DNA of 64,000 bases from positions 22,529-86,528 of the forward strand of contig CAKVFH010000003.1 in the NCBI GenBank assembly GCA_934746515.1. Direction: 5' to 3'. Under the pieces are notes generated by a model. It saw nothing but the letters and a program-made list of their open reading frames with translations. It was not told where the DNA came from and ran no database searches. The position numbers were made by a program, and so were the translations under genes. Numbering within the stretch: position 1 is the first letter of the stretch; every line of letters starts with the position of its first letter. The DNA comes from an uncultured Clostridia bacterium (GTDB taxonomy: Bacteria > Bacillota > Clostridia > Christensenellales > UBA1242). Shown here one piece after another: positions 55,100 to 64,000 of this stretch.

Positions 55100-56134
55100 A
55101 TGGAAGAATTAAAGACAAGTGATTTTTATTATGATTTGCCAGAAGAGTTGATTGCGCAAACTCCTGCTAGCCCAAGAGACAGCGCGAGAATGCTTGTTTA
55201 TGACAAATCTCAAGACAAAATAGAACATAAAATTTTTAGAGATATTGTTGATTATTTGTCGCCAAACGATGTTTTGGTTATCAACAACACTCGTGTTATT
55301 CCAGCAAGACTTTTTGCAACCAAAGTTACTGGTGCAAAAATTGAAGTGTTTTTGCTCAAAAGACTGAATTTAACAGACTATGAAGTTTTGATGAAACCAG
55401 CAAAAAAAGTTCCTGTTGGCACAAAACTTATTTTTTCAGACAATCTTTATTGCGAGACCATTGAAAATCAAGAAGAAATTGGTGGCAGAATTATTCGTTT
55501 TCATGTTGCTTCTGGCACACTTGAAGAAGAGCTTGACAAAATTGGAAACATTCCACTTCCACCATATATTCATGAAAAACTTGAAGATGATGAAGAATAC
55601 CAAACAATTTACTCTAAAATAAGGGGTTCAAGTGCAGCGCCAACAGCAGGCTTGCATTTCACTGAAGAACTTATGCAAAAAATTAGAGATAAAGGTGTGC
55701 AGATTGAAGAAGTAACACTCCAAGTGGGGCTTGGAACTTTTAGACCAGTTACTGAAGAAAACGCGCTTGAACACAAGATGCACAGCGAAGAAATTGTTGT
55801 CTTGCCTGAAGTTGCCGAAAGACTAAACAAGGCAAAAGCAGAAGGCAAGCGAATTATTGCAGTTGGCACAACATCAGTTAGAACTTTGGAAGCTGCAAGT
55901 GACAGAAAAGGGCACATTGTTCCTTGCCAAAAAGAAACCGATATTTTTATTTATCCGGGTGTTGAAATCAAGTTTGTTGATGCACTAATCACAAACTTTC
56001 ACTTGCCAGAAAGCACACTCATCATGCTTGTTTCAGCTTTTATTGGCAAAGATAAAACCCTTGAAATTTATAGAGAAGCCGTAAAAGAAAAATACAGATT
56101 TTTCAGTTTTGGTGACTGCTGTTTCTTTTGCTAA
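55100..56134 (+). CDS. queA: S-adenosylmethionine:tRNA ribosyltransferase-isomerase
   Basis: FYYDLPEELIAQTP N-terminus, AAPTAGLHFT motif. Confidence 0.95.
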   Translation: MEELKTSDFYYDLPEELIAQTPASPRDSARMLVYDKSQDKIEHKIFRDIVDYLSPNDVLVINNTRVIPARLFATKVTGAKIEVFLLKRLNLTDYEVLMKPAKKVPVGTKLIFSDNLYCETIENQEEIGGRIIRFHVASGTLEEELDKIGNIPLPPYIHEKLEDDEEYQTIYSKIRGSSAAPTAGLHFTEELMQKIRDKGVQIEEVTLQVGLGTFRPVTEENALEHKMHSEEIVVLPEVAERLNKAKAEGKRIIAVGTTSVRTLEAASDRKGHIVPCQKETDIFIYPGVEIKFVDALITNFHLPESTLIMLVSAFIGKDKTLEIYREAVKEKYRFFSFGDCCFFC

Positions 56135-56222
56135 AGCATGGAAATAAAGCATTTTATATAACATTTCAATAAAATAAAAATTTATAAAAATATAACAAAA
56201 TATTTTAACTGGAGAGAGTATT

Positions 56223-56534
56223 ATGGATTTAGATGAAGTTCAAAAAGAAGTTTGGCAAAACAAACTTAATAAAGGTTTTAACACAACCAATGTTCAAATG
56301 GAGTTTTGCTATCTTTATGGCGAAGTTGCCGAAGCTTATGATGCGTTTTTAAAGAAAAAAGCTGATCTTGGATTGGAGCTTGCTGACATTGCAATTTATT
56401 TGATGGGGCTATCTAACATGCTTGGTTTTTCTTTGAAAGAGCAAATAGAAAAGAAACTTGAAATAAACAAAAATCGTCATTATATTGTTGACGAAAATGG
56501 CGTTTTGAAAAAAGTAGACAAAAAGGATAATTAA
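56223..56534 (+). CDS. MazG-like all-alpha nucleotide pyrophosphohydrolase domain protein
   Basis: 103 aa; GEVAEAYDA ... LELADIAIYL acidic helix pattern (ExxE...ExxD). Confidence 0.7.
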   Translation: MDLDEVQKEVWQNKLNKGFNTTNVQMEFCYLYGEVAEAYDAFLKKKADLGLELADIAIYLMGLSNMLGFSLKEQIEKKLEINKNRHYIVDENGVLKKVDKKDN

Positions 56535-57662
<1,128 letters not shown>

Positions 57663-57760
57663 TGTGACAAAATATAACATTAAAAGAGTGCAATTGTTTC
57701 AAAATAGGTTGCACTTCTGCGTTATTTTTGATAAACTAATCTTATTAAAGGAGAGAAATT

Positions 57761-58237
57761 ATGAGATTTTTATGTGAAGCTGCTAATCAACAAAACCAAA
57801 TTGTGATTTATATTATCTTGGCAGTTTTGGTTATTGCAATGTTAGTTTTGCCATATTTCACAAACAAAAAGAGAAACCAACAATACATGGACATGCTTTC
57901 AGGCATCAGAGTTGGTGACCTTGTTAAAACTGCTGGTGGAATTATTGGAAAAGTAACAAAAATCACTGACAAAGGTGAAATTAAAACAATCATCTTGGAA
58001 ACTGGTTCAAAATCTGAAAAATCTTACATGGAATTTGATATCAACTCAATCTACTGTGTTTTGAAATCAACAAAGGCTGAAGAGAAAGCCGAAGAAAAGG
58101 TTGAAGAAAAAGCAGAAGATGCAAAGGTTGAAGAAAAGACCGAAGAAACTGAAAAAACAGCTGAACCTGAAGCACAAGAAAAACCAAAAGCTGAAAAGAA
58201 AGCAAAAACAAAATCTAGCAAAAAATCAGCAAAATAA
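57761..58237 (+). CDS. yajC: Preprotein translocase subunit YajC with K/E-rich C-terminal tail
   Basis: TM helix, then VGDLVKTAGGIIGKVTKI YajC core; tgt-yajC synteny. Confidence 0.85.
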   Translation: MRFLCEAANQQNQIVIYIILAVLVIAMLVLPYFTNKKRNQQYMDMLSGIRVGDLVKTAGGIIGKVTKITDKGEIKTIILETGSKSEKSYMEFDINSIYCVLKSTKAEEKAEEKVEEKAEDAKVEEKTEETEKTAEPEAQEKPKAEKKAKTKSSKKSAK

Positions 58238-58243
58238 AAACAT

Positions 58244-58272
58244 AAAAGTGGCTAAATCTAGCCATTTTTTTG
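58244..58272 (+). terminator. Rho-independent terminator after yajC
   Basis: AAAAGTGGCTA / TAGCCATTTTT stem plus a T run. Confidence 0.75.
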
Positions 58273-58523
58273 TTGCAAAAATTTATTTATTTTGCGCAAA
58301 ACTAAATCCAAGATTATAAAAATCGCAGACCACTTAATCATTTTTAAATCAAATAAACAAATTTATAAAAATCATTTATCAAAATGTGTGCAAATTTTGG
58401 CGGTTTTGATAGTAATTATTTTTTAGTTTCATTCGACAAATTTTGTATTTTTGCGCCCATAAATTCACACAAAATGTTCATATCTTGGCTCTAAAAATAA
58501 TACATATTATTAGGAGTTAAAAT

Positions 58524-58919
58524 ATGTTCTATACAAAATCAAAATCGAAAGCTGAAAACTCAAATGTTTTAGTTAGTTTTTTAAAGGGCTTGATTGTTTC
58601 AATGCTTGTGTCTTTTGCTTTAATCATTTTGTTGGCTTTGTCACTAAAATGGTTTTCGCTTGATGAGAAATTTATTTCGCCAATCAATTTAGCAATAAAA
58701 ACAATCAGTGTTGTTGCCGGCGCTTGCATTGCAGTGAAAGGAGAGTCAAGGGGCTTAATCAAAGGTGTGATTTTTGGGCTTTTGTATGTTCTTCTTGCTT
58801 TTGTTAGTTTTTCAGCACTGGCAAAATCTTTTTCAGTTGATTTAAGTTTGCTTCTTGACATTTTGTTTGCTAGCATCGCTGGTGGAATTGTCGGAATTAT
58901 TAAAGTAAACAGAAATTAA
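58524..58919 (+). CDS. Small polytopic membrane protein, YrzE/TIGR04086-like
   Basis: 131 aa, 4 TM segments; same position as yrzE near yajC/secDF in Bacillus; family call is tentative. Confidence 0.6.
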   Translation: MFYTKSKSKAENSNVLVSFLKGLIVSMLVSFALIILLALSLKWFSLDEKFISPINLAIKTISVVAGACIAVKGESRGLIKGVIFGLLYVLLAFVSFSALAKSFSVDLSLLLDILFASIAGGIVGIIKVNRN

Positions 58920-59067
58920 GGCACTAAATATTGATTATAAACCCATTTTCGCTAAAAACTTTCGTTATAAAAGTTACAAAAATGAAAAATAATTTTTATA
59001 ATATGTTGACCTAACAATATTTTATAGGTTATAATGTACGAGATTATTAAAATAAGGACTTTTAGCA

Positions 59068-60468
59068 ATGAAAAAATTTGGAAAAACGACTGCGATTATC
59101 TTATCTGTTTTAATGTTTGTTGTTTTGGCAATCGGCTTTGTTTTTAGCTTTGTGCCAATTCAATTTTCAAAAGGCAAATTCAATTCGTTGTCTGGAACAA
59201 TCAATATTTCAACCGACCTTGTCGGCGGAATGTATGGGGAATATAACATAACAACAGAAAATCCAACCGAAAAAGACATCATTTCTTCTGTTTCACTTAT
59301 TCGTGAAGTTTTTGAAGAAGACGGCTACAAAAATGTTAATGTTTATGCAGTAGGAAACAAAAAAGTCAGAATTGAACTTTCTTTTCCTAATGGCGACGAA
59401 TCTTTCGCAACATCATTTTCAAAACTTAAAAATGTTGGTGCGGGAGCCTTTTCTATTTCAAATGTAAATCCAAGTTCTTCATCATCATCATCTTCAAGTG
59501 ATTCAAAAACTGAAACTATCACCTTGGAAGGCAAAGATTATGTCAAAGAAGTTAGGGTTTCAACTAACAATGAAAGCAAATATATTTCAATTATATTTAA
59601 TGCCGAAGGCAAGAAAAAATATCAATCAATTTGCGAAAACGCTTCAAACAATTCAATATATCTAGTTTTGGGCGATTATTCACAAGCAATCACAATTTCT
59701 GGTGTTTATGACTATTCTCAACTCACTCTTTCAAACACAGACTGGGATAACATGATTGCACTTGAACAAAAAATTAAGCTTGGTTGCACAAAAATTGAAC
59801 TTGACGGAACAAACTCAACAGTAAACACAATGTCTGCCGCGCTCACAAGCGGTGAATCTTCAAGCACATCAGTTCAAAAGTCATTCTATTCAAGCACAGC
59901 TTTTGTTGTTGTGTTTTCTGCTTTGATTATTGTTATTGTTATATTGCTTGCAATTTGCGCAATTAAATTTGGTTTCTTTGCACTTGTAACTTTAATTTCA
60001 ATGTTGATTGCAACATATTTATACCTGTTCATTGCTTGGCTTGTTCCATCATTCGAACTTGGTTTGTCAGTTATATTGTCGCTCGTTGTTGGTATTGCTC
60101 TCATCTTCACATATTCATTCAACTTTGCTCAAAATGTTAAAAATGAATACAATCTTGGAAAATCACTTCAAGCTGCTTTGGAGTCAAGCTACAAAAAATC
60201 AATTCTTGGCGAGCTTATCACCAATGTAATGTTGTTTATCTCATCACTTATCATGATGGCTTTATCATTCAGTGAACTTACCAGCGTTGCAATTTCGTTT
60301 GCAATCATGTCTGCATTGTCGCTTTTCATAAATCTTTGTATTGTGCCATTCCTTGTTAAAATTGGCATTTCATTCAAAGGTTTTGATAGAAAACTTTTCC
60401 TTTTGAAAAAGAGAAAAAGCCTTGCTGAATTAGACGAAGAAAATCAAGCAGTAGCGGAGGATAAATAA
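59068..60468 (+). CDS. secD: Protein translocase subunit SecD (divergent)
   Basis: N-terminal TM, large periplasmic-type domain with a TDLVGGMY (GLDLxGG-like) motif, poly-Ser tract, 5 C-terminal TMs; synteny yajC...secD-secF-recJ. Confidence 0.8.
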   Translation: MKKFGKTTAIILSVLMFVVLAIGFVFSFVPIQFSKGKFNSLSGTINISTDLVGGMYGEYNITTENPTEKDIISSVSLIREVFEEDGYKNVNVYAVGNKKVRIELSFPNGDESFATSFSKLKNVGAGAFSISNVNPSSSSSSSSSDSKTETITLEGKDYVKEVRVSTNNESKYISIIFNAEGKKKYQSICENASNNSIYLVLGDYSQAITISGVYDYSQLTLSNTDWDNMIALEQKIKLGCTKIELDGTNSTVNTMSAALTSGESSSTSVQKSFYSSTAFVVVFSALIIVIVILLAICAIKFGFFALVTLISMLIATYLYLFIAWLVPSFELGLSVILSLVVGIALIFTYSFNFAQNVKNEYNLGKSLQAALESSYKKSILGELITNVMLFISSLIMMALSFSELTSVAISFAIMSALSLFINLCIVPFLVKIGISFKGFDRKLFLLKKRKSLAELDEENQAVAEDK

Positions 60469-60469
60469 T

Positions 60470-61477
60470 ATGAAAAAAACTTTGAAGAAATATCCACTTT
60501 TAATTTGTTTGATTGTTTCATGTGTTATTGTAGTTGCTTCAATTTTTGTTCTTGCATTTTGCGGATTGAAACTCAGCCCATCACTTGGTGGTGGAAGCCA
60601 ATTTGAAATTGCAATTGCAGATGAAGCTGACCAAAAAACTTGTGTTCAAGATATAAAAAATGTTTTAAAATCAAACAAAATTCAATATGATTCATTTTCA
60701 GTTGAAGATAAAGCACTTGCTGGAAGCGGATCAACAGAATTTTCACAAAGATATATTGTTGTAAACATCTGCGCAAGCAATGTTTCTGATGAAAAAGAAT
60801 TAAAAATTAGAACAGATATTGCAAACAAACTTAACATTTCTATTGACAAAATTTCAAGCATCGAAAACATTGTAAGTTCAATCAAGTCAAAAGACATTCT
60901 GTTATTTGGTCTTGGCATTGGCATTATTGCAATTTGTTTGTTTATCTTTGGACTTATCAGATATGATGTGTTTGCAGGTCTTGCATTCTTGCTTGCAAAC
61001 CTTCACAATGTTATTTTATTCTTGTCAATCATCATTTTAACAAGAATTCCACTTAGCCTTGTTTCACTTGCTGGAATTTCGATTTTGTCGCTCGTTATGC
61101 TTACTGTTATGGTTAGCATCTTCGAAAAAAACAAGATTGAAAATGAATTGCATTTAACAGAAAAAGAAACTCCAAGCACAAGACTGCTTCGTGTTGAAAT
61201 GGGTGCAGTAAAACCATATATCTTTGTTGTTTGCGCAGTTTTGGTTTTCTCAATTTTGCTATTCTTTGTTCCAGTAAACAACGTGATTTTCTCATCACTT
61301 TCACTTATTGTTGCACTTGCTGTTTCATGCTACACAACACTTCTTGTTGGTCCTGGCGTTTACGCATCATTCTTGGATATTAGACAAGCTAACAAAGATG
61401 CAGTTTTGAGCAGAAATGACACAGTTAATAAAGCAATCAAAAAGAAAATTGCAAAATCAAGAAAGGCTGCAAAATAG
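60470..61477 (+). CDS. secF: Protein translocase subunit SecF (divergent)
   Basis: SLGGGSQFEI (GIDFTGG-like), ANLHNVILFLS and a VSIFEKNKIEN region aligned to SecF HDV.../FDRIREN. Confidence 0.8.
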   Translation: MKKTLKKYPLLICLIVSCVIVVASIFVLAFCGLKLSPSLGGGSQFEIAIADEADQKTCVQDIKNVLKSNKIQYDSFSVEDKALAGSGSTEFSQRYIVVNICASNVSDEKELKIRTDIANKLNISIDKISSIENIVSSIKSKDILLFGLGIGIIAICLFIFGLIRYDVFAGLAFLLANLHNVILFLSIIILTRIPLSLVSLAGISILSLVMLTVMVSIFEKNKIENELHLTEKETPSTRLLRVEMGAVKPYIFVVCAVLVFSILLFFVPVNNVIFSSLSLIVALAVSCYTTLLVGPGVYASFLDIRQANKDAVLSRNDTVNKAIKKKIAKSRKAAK

Positions 61478-61496
61478 TTCGCTGAAAAAGTAAATT

Positions 61497-61530
61497 AAAA
61501 ATACTACTCGTTAGGAGTAGTATTTTTTTG
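61497..61530 (+). terminator. Rho-independent terminator after secF
   Basis: AAAAATACTACTC / GAGTAGTATTTTT 13-bp stem plus a T run. Confidence 0.8.
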
Positions 61531-61713
61531 TGGTTAAAATATTGAACTAAAAATTTTTATCACTTGTTTGTGTGGCACTCAAAATGGAAATCAAAAATTG
61601 TAGAATTTGTCAAACAAAAATGGATATAATTTCGCGCGAATTTGAATTTTTTGCATTTTAGATTGCTTTTTTTTGTGTTCGATGTTACAATCAAGTCAAA
61701 TTGGAATAGAGAA

Positions 61714-64000
61714 ATGAAGTTATTAGATGAAAGAATTGAAAAGTATTTAGAGAAAAAATTTGGAAAAGAAAATTTTGATAGGGAAAAATATTTGAATCCG
61801 TCACTGGATTTTTTGCGTGATGCAAACACACTAAATGATATTGATTTAGCTGTCAAAAAGATTAAGGATGCAATAAACGACAACAAAAAAATCTTGATTT
61901 ATGGTGACTATGATTCAGACGGAATTTGCGCATCGACAGTTCTATATTTGCATTTGAAAAGTTTGGGCGCTAATGTTGATGTGTTTATACCAAACCGCTT
62001 TGAAAATGGTTATGGAATTTCGGTTGACGCAATCGAAATAATCTTGTCAGACTATCAGCCAGACTTGATTGTTACCGTTGACCTTGGCATTACGGCGGTT
62101 GAAGAGGTTGAAATAATCAAGCAGGAAGGCGTGGACATTGTTATAACTGATCACCACTTGCCACTAGAAGAAGTGCCTGATTGTGTTTTGATTGACCCAA
62201 AATATAACAACACCAGTTATGGTTTTGATGGATTATGCGGTGCGGGTGTGGCTTATAAACTTGTTGAAGCAATCAGTGGAAGAGAGCAGGCAAATAAATA
62301 TCTTGATATTGTTGCAATTGCAACGGTAGGTGATATTGTTCCGCTCGTTGACGAAAACAGAGTTATTGCAAAGTTTGGTATTGATAAAATCAATTCTGGC
62401 GATTGCTTGCCAAGCTTAAAGTTTTTGAAAGAAAAACTTGAAATTGAAAAGCTGACATCAACAGACATTAGCTTTAAAATTGTGCCAAGACTTAACAGTT
62501 GTGGCAGAATGGATAATGCCATAAAGGTTTTTGAATTTTTAATCCAAACCGAAAAGCAAGAACTTGAAGCGCATTACCTTGACATTGAAAGTGACAACAA
62601 TTTGAGACTTGCGACAATTGAAAAAAGTAATAAAATTGTTGATAAACTGTTACAAAAAAATAACTTTAACGAACCGTCGATTTTACTAAATGGCGATTTT
62701 CACGAAGGAACTGTTGGAATTGTTGCATCGCGAATTGTTCATGATTATGCAAAACCAACAATAATTTTTGCAAAAACAGAAAATGGAACACTCAAGGGCA
62801 GTGGACGAAGCATTGAAAATGTTGATCTTCACAAAATCATTGCAAGCATGTCAGATAATCTGATAAATTTTGGCGGTCACAAAATGGCTGTGGGGCTTGA
62901 AATTGAAGAAGATTATTTTGAAGAGTTTAAGAAAGAACTCAACGAAAAAATCTTGGAAGTTTCGACTCCTGAAGATTTTTTGATAAAGAAAAAAGAGTCC
63001 GATATTGAGCTTACAGAAGAAGATTTGGAAGGCTCTTTTGCCAAGCAGTTAGATTTGCTTGAGCCTTTTGGTGAAGGCAATGAAAAACCAAGACTTTCCA
63101 TTGTTCAAAAGCAAATGATTGTTCAGCCAATCAATGAAAAAACATTCAAACACTACAAGTGTTTTACGAAAAAAAATAATGCATTAGTTGCCTTTAATTT
63201 TTATAAAGAAAGTTTGATTTGCGCATCGAATTTTGAAAAGGAGATTTTTGTTGATCTCAACACAAATTATTTTAAAGGCAAAGAGCAACGCGTATGCTAT
63301 GCAAAGTCTTTGGAGATAATTAAACCAGAATTTGATGATGATAAAACTGATGATTTTTTGTCGGCGATTTATAATAAATACTTTTCAGTTTTTGACTTTA
63401 ACAAAAAAGACAATTATCATTTGACGGATGACCTGATTGGAACAATAAAGCAAAAGTTTGCAGAGAGCAACTATGGAACAGCTGTTATAGTTTCAACAAA
63501 AGAAGACTTTGAGCTTGTGAAAGATTTGGGACTTGATAATTTTATTTCTTTTGAGCCACATAAAAACTCGCAAAATGTTATTGTGGTTTCGCCAAGTCAA
63601 GTGTATGATTTGCAAAGCGTACAAGGTTATAAAAATATAATCTTTTTGCATAAATATTTTGATGAAGGACATCTTTATTTTTCGCAGTGCATGAATGTTT
63701 TTGAGCCAACTAAAACAAATCAAAAACCAGTTGAACTAGACGGAGACAGAATGATTTTTGCAAAGGTGTATAAACTTGTTGGTGCATTTTCTGCGCTCAA
63801 GGCGAATGACATTCTTGATCTTGTTAAAAAACTTGGAATTAAAGATAAAAGCATAAGTGCCGAGCAAATTTTGTTTAGCATTTGTGTGTTTATGGAACTT
63901 AACTTTATTGAATTTGATGACATTTTGAATGTTATGAAAATTCTTAAGTCTAAAAAAACAGAGATAACCAGTTCTAAATTTTACAAAGAAATTATTGGGG
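61714..64000 (+). CDS. recJ: Single-stranded-DNA-specific exonuclease RecJ (3' end beyond the window)
   Basis: I translated the frame from ATG 61714 and found it open to the window end (762 codons). DHH motifs IYGDYDSDGICA, TVDLGI, ITDHH; DHHA1 GGHKMAVG. Absent from the ORF track because there is no stop codon in the window. Confidence 0.9.
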   Translation, partial: MKLLDERIEKYLEKKFGKENFDREKYLNPSLDFLRDANTLNDIDLAVKKIKDAINDNKKILIYGDYDSDGICASTVLYLHLKSLGANVDVFIPNRFENGYGISVDAIEIILSDYQPDLIVTVDLGITAVEEVEIIKQEGVDIVITDHHLPLEEVPDCVLIDPKYNNTSYGFDGLCGAGVAYKLVEAISGREQANKYLDIVAIATVGDIVPLVDENRVIAKFGIDKINSGDCLPSLKFLKEKLEIEKLTSTDISFKIVPRLNSCGRMDNAIKVFEFLIQTEKQELEAHYLDIESDNNLRLATIEKSNKIVDKLLQKNNFNEPSILLNGDFHEGTVGIVASRIVHDYAKPTIIFAKTENGTLKGSGRSIENVDLHKIIASMSDNLINFGGHKMAVGLEIEEDYFEEFKKELNEKILEVSTPEDFLIKKKESDIELTEEDLEGSFAKQLDLLEPFGEGNEKPRLSIVQKQMIVQPINEKTFKHYKCFTKKNNALVAFNFYKESLICASNFEKEIFVDLNTNYFKGKEQRVCYAKSLEIIKPEFDDDKTDDFLSAIYNKYFSVFDFNKKDNYHLTDDLIGTIKQKFAESNYGTAVIVSTKEDFELVKDLGLDNFISFEPHKNSQNVIVVSPSQVYDLQSVQGYKNIIFLHKYFDEGHLYFSQCMNVFEPTKTNQKPVELDGDRMIFAKVYKLVGAFSALKANDILDLVKKLGIKDKSISAEQILFSICVFMELNFIEFDDILNVMKILKSKKTEITSSKFYKEIIG

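Noticed and set aside
58432-58438. Spo0A-box-like TTCGACA (complement TGTCGAA) upstream of the yrzE-like gene
   Set aside because: A single 7-mer occurrence; several are expected by chance in the window, and none is clustered or near the spo0A-like promoter.
61560-61886. 108-aa minus-strand ORF in the secF-recJ region
   Set aside because: It overlaps the recJ promoter and 5' coding region. Its translation is low-complexity, and the + strand recJ frame is far better supported.

Overview
AT-rich Firmicutes/Clostridia-type chromosomal window from an endospore-former. It is almost wall-to-wall genes, and all but two CDS are on the + strand. Most of it is conserved core synteny known from Bacillus/Clostridium: exonuclease-rimP-nusA-ylxR-ylxQ-infB-rbfA-nrnA-truB; efp; the spoIIIAA-AH operon; asp23-(orphan)-nusB-xseA-xseB-recN-spoIVB-spo0A; a spoIIM-like gene plus a PBP5-type carboxypeptidase; M50 protease-scpA-scpB-ytfI-ytfJ-dacB-rluB; htpG behind a CIRCE operator; rlmH, a P1B metal ATPase, argS, queH; ytxC-[Thr T-box]-thrS-[L20 leader]-infC-rpmI-rplT; yebC; ruvCAB-queA-tgt-yajC-secD-secF-recJ. 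recJ runs off the 3' edge, so it is absent from the supplied ORF track. There is one tRNA (Thr-CGU) and no rRNA, CRISPR array or recognisable transposase/IS. Points worth a second look: (i) the gene at the spo0A locus encodes only the Spo0A C-terminal DNA-binding domain, with no receiver domain. (ii) spoIIIAF is reduced to an unlisted 51-codon membrane stub. (iii) There is a Nudix-CYTH-[structured leader with terminator]-YjjX-type NTPase-CYTH cluster. (iv) Several small accessory islets are present: a SLOG/DUF1273 + XRE pair, two orphan barstar-like genes, a membrane-anchored Mrr-type nuclease, a zeta-toxin-like kinase with a small upstream partner, and a MazG-like gene wedged between queA and tgt. 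(v) SecD/SecF seem to lack the canonical charged transmembrane residues. (vi) The tRNA-Thr has C33 and an acceptor-stem C:C mismatch. I did not find a convincing large multi-gene novel system; the strongest candidates are (i) and (iii). All family assignments come from motif recognition by eye and from synteny, not from database searches.
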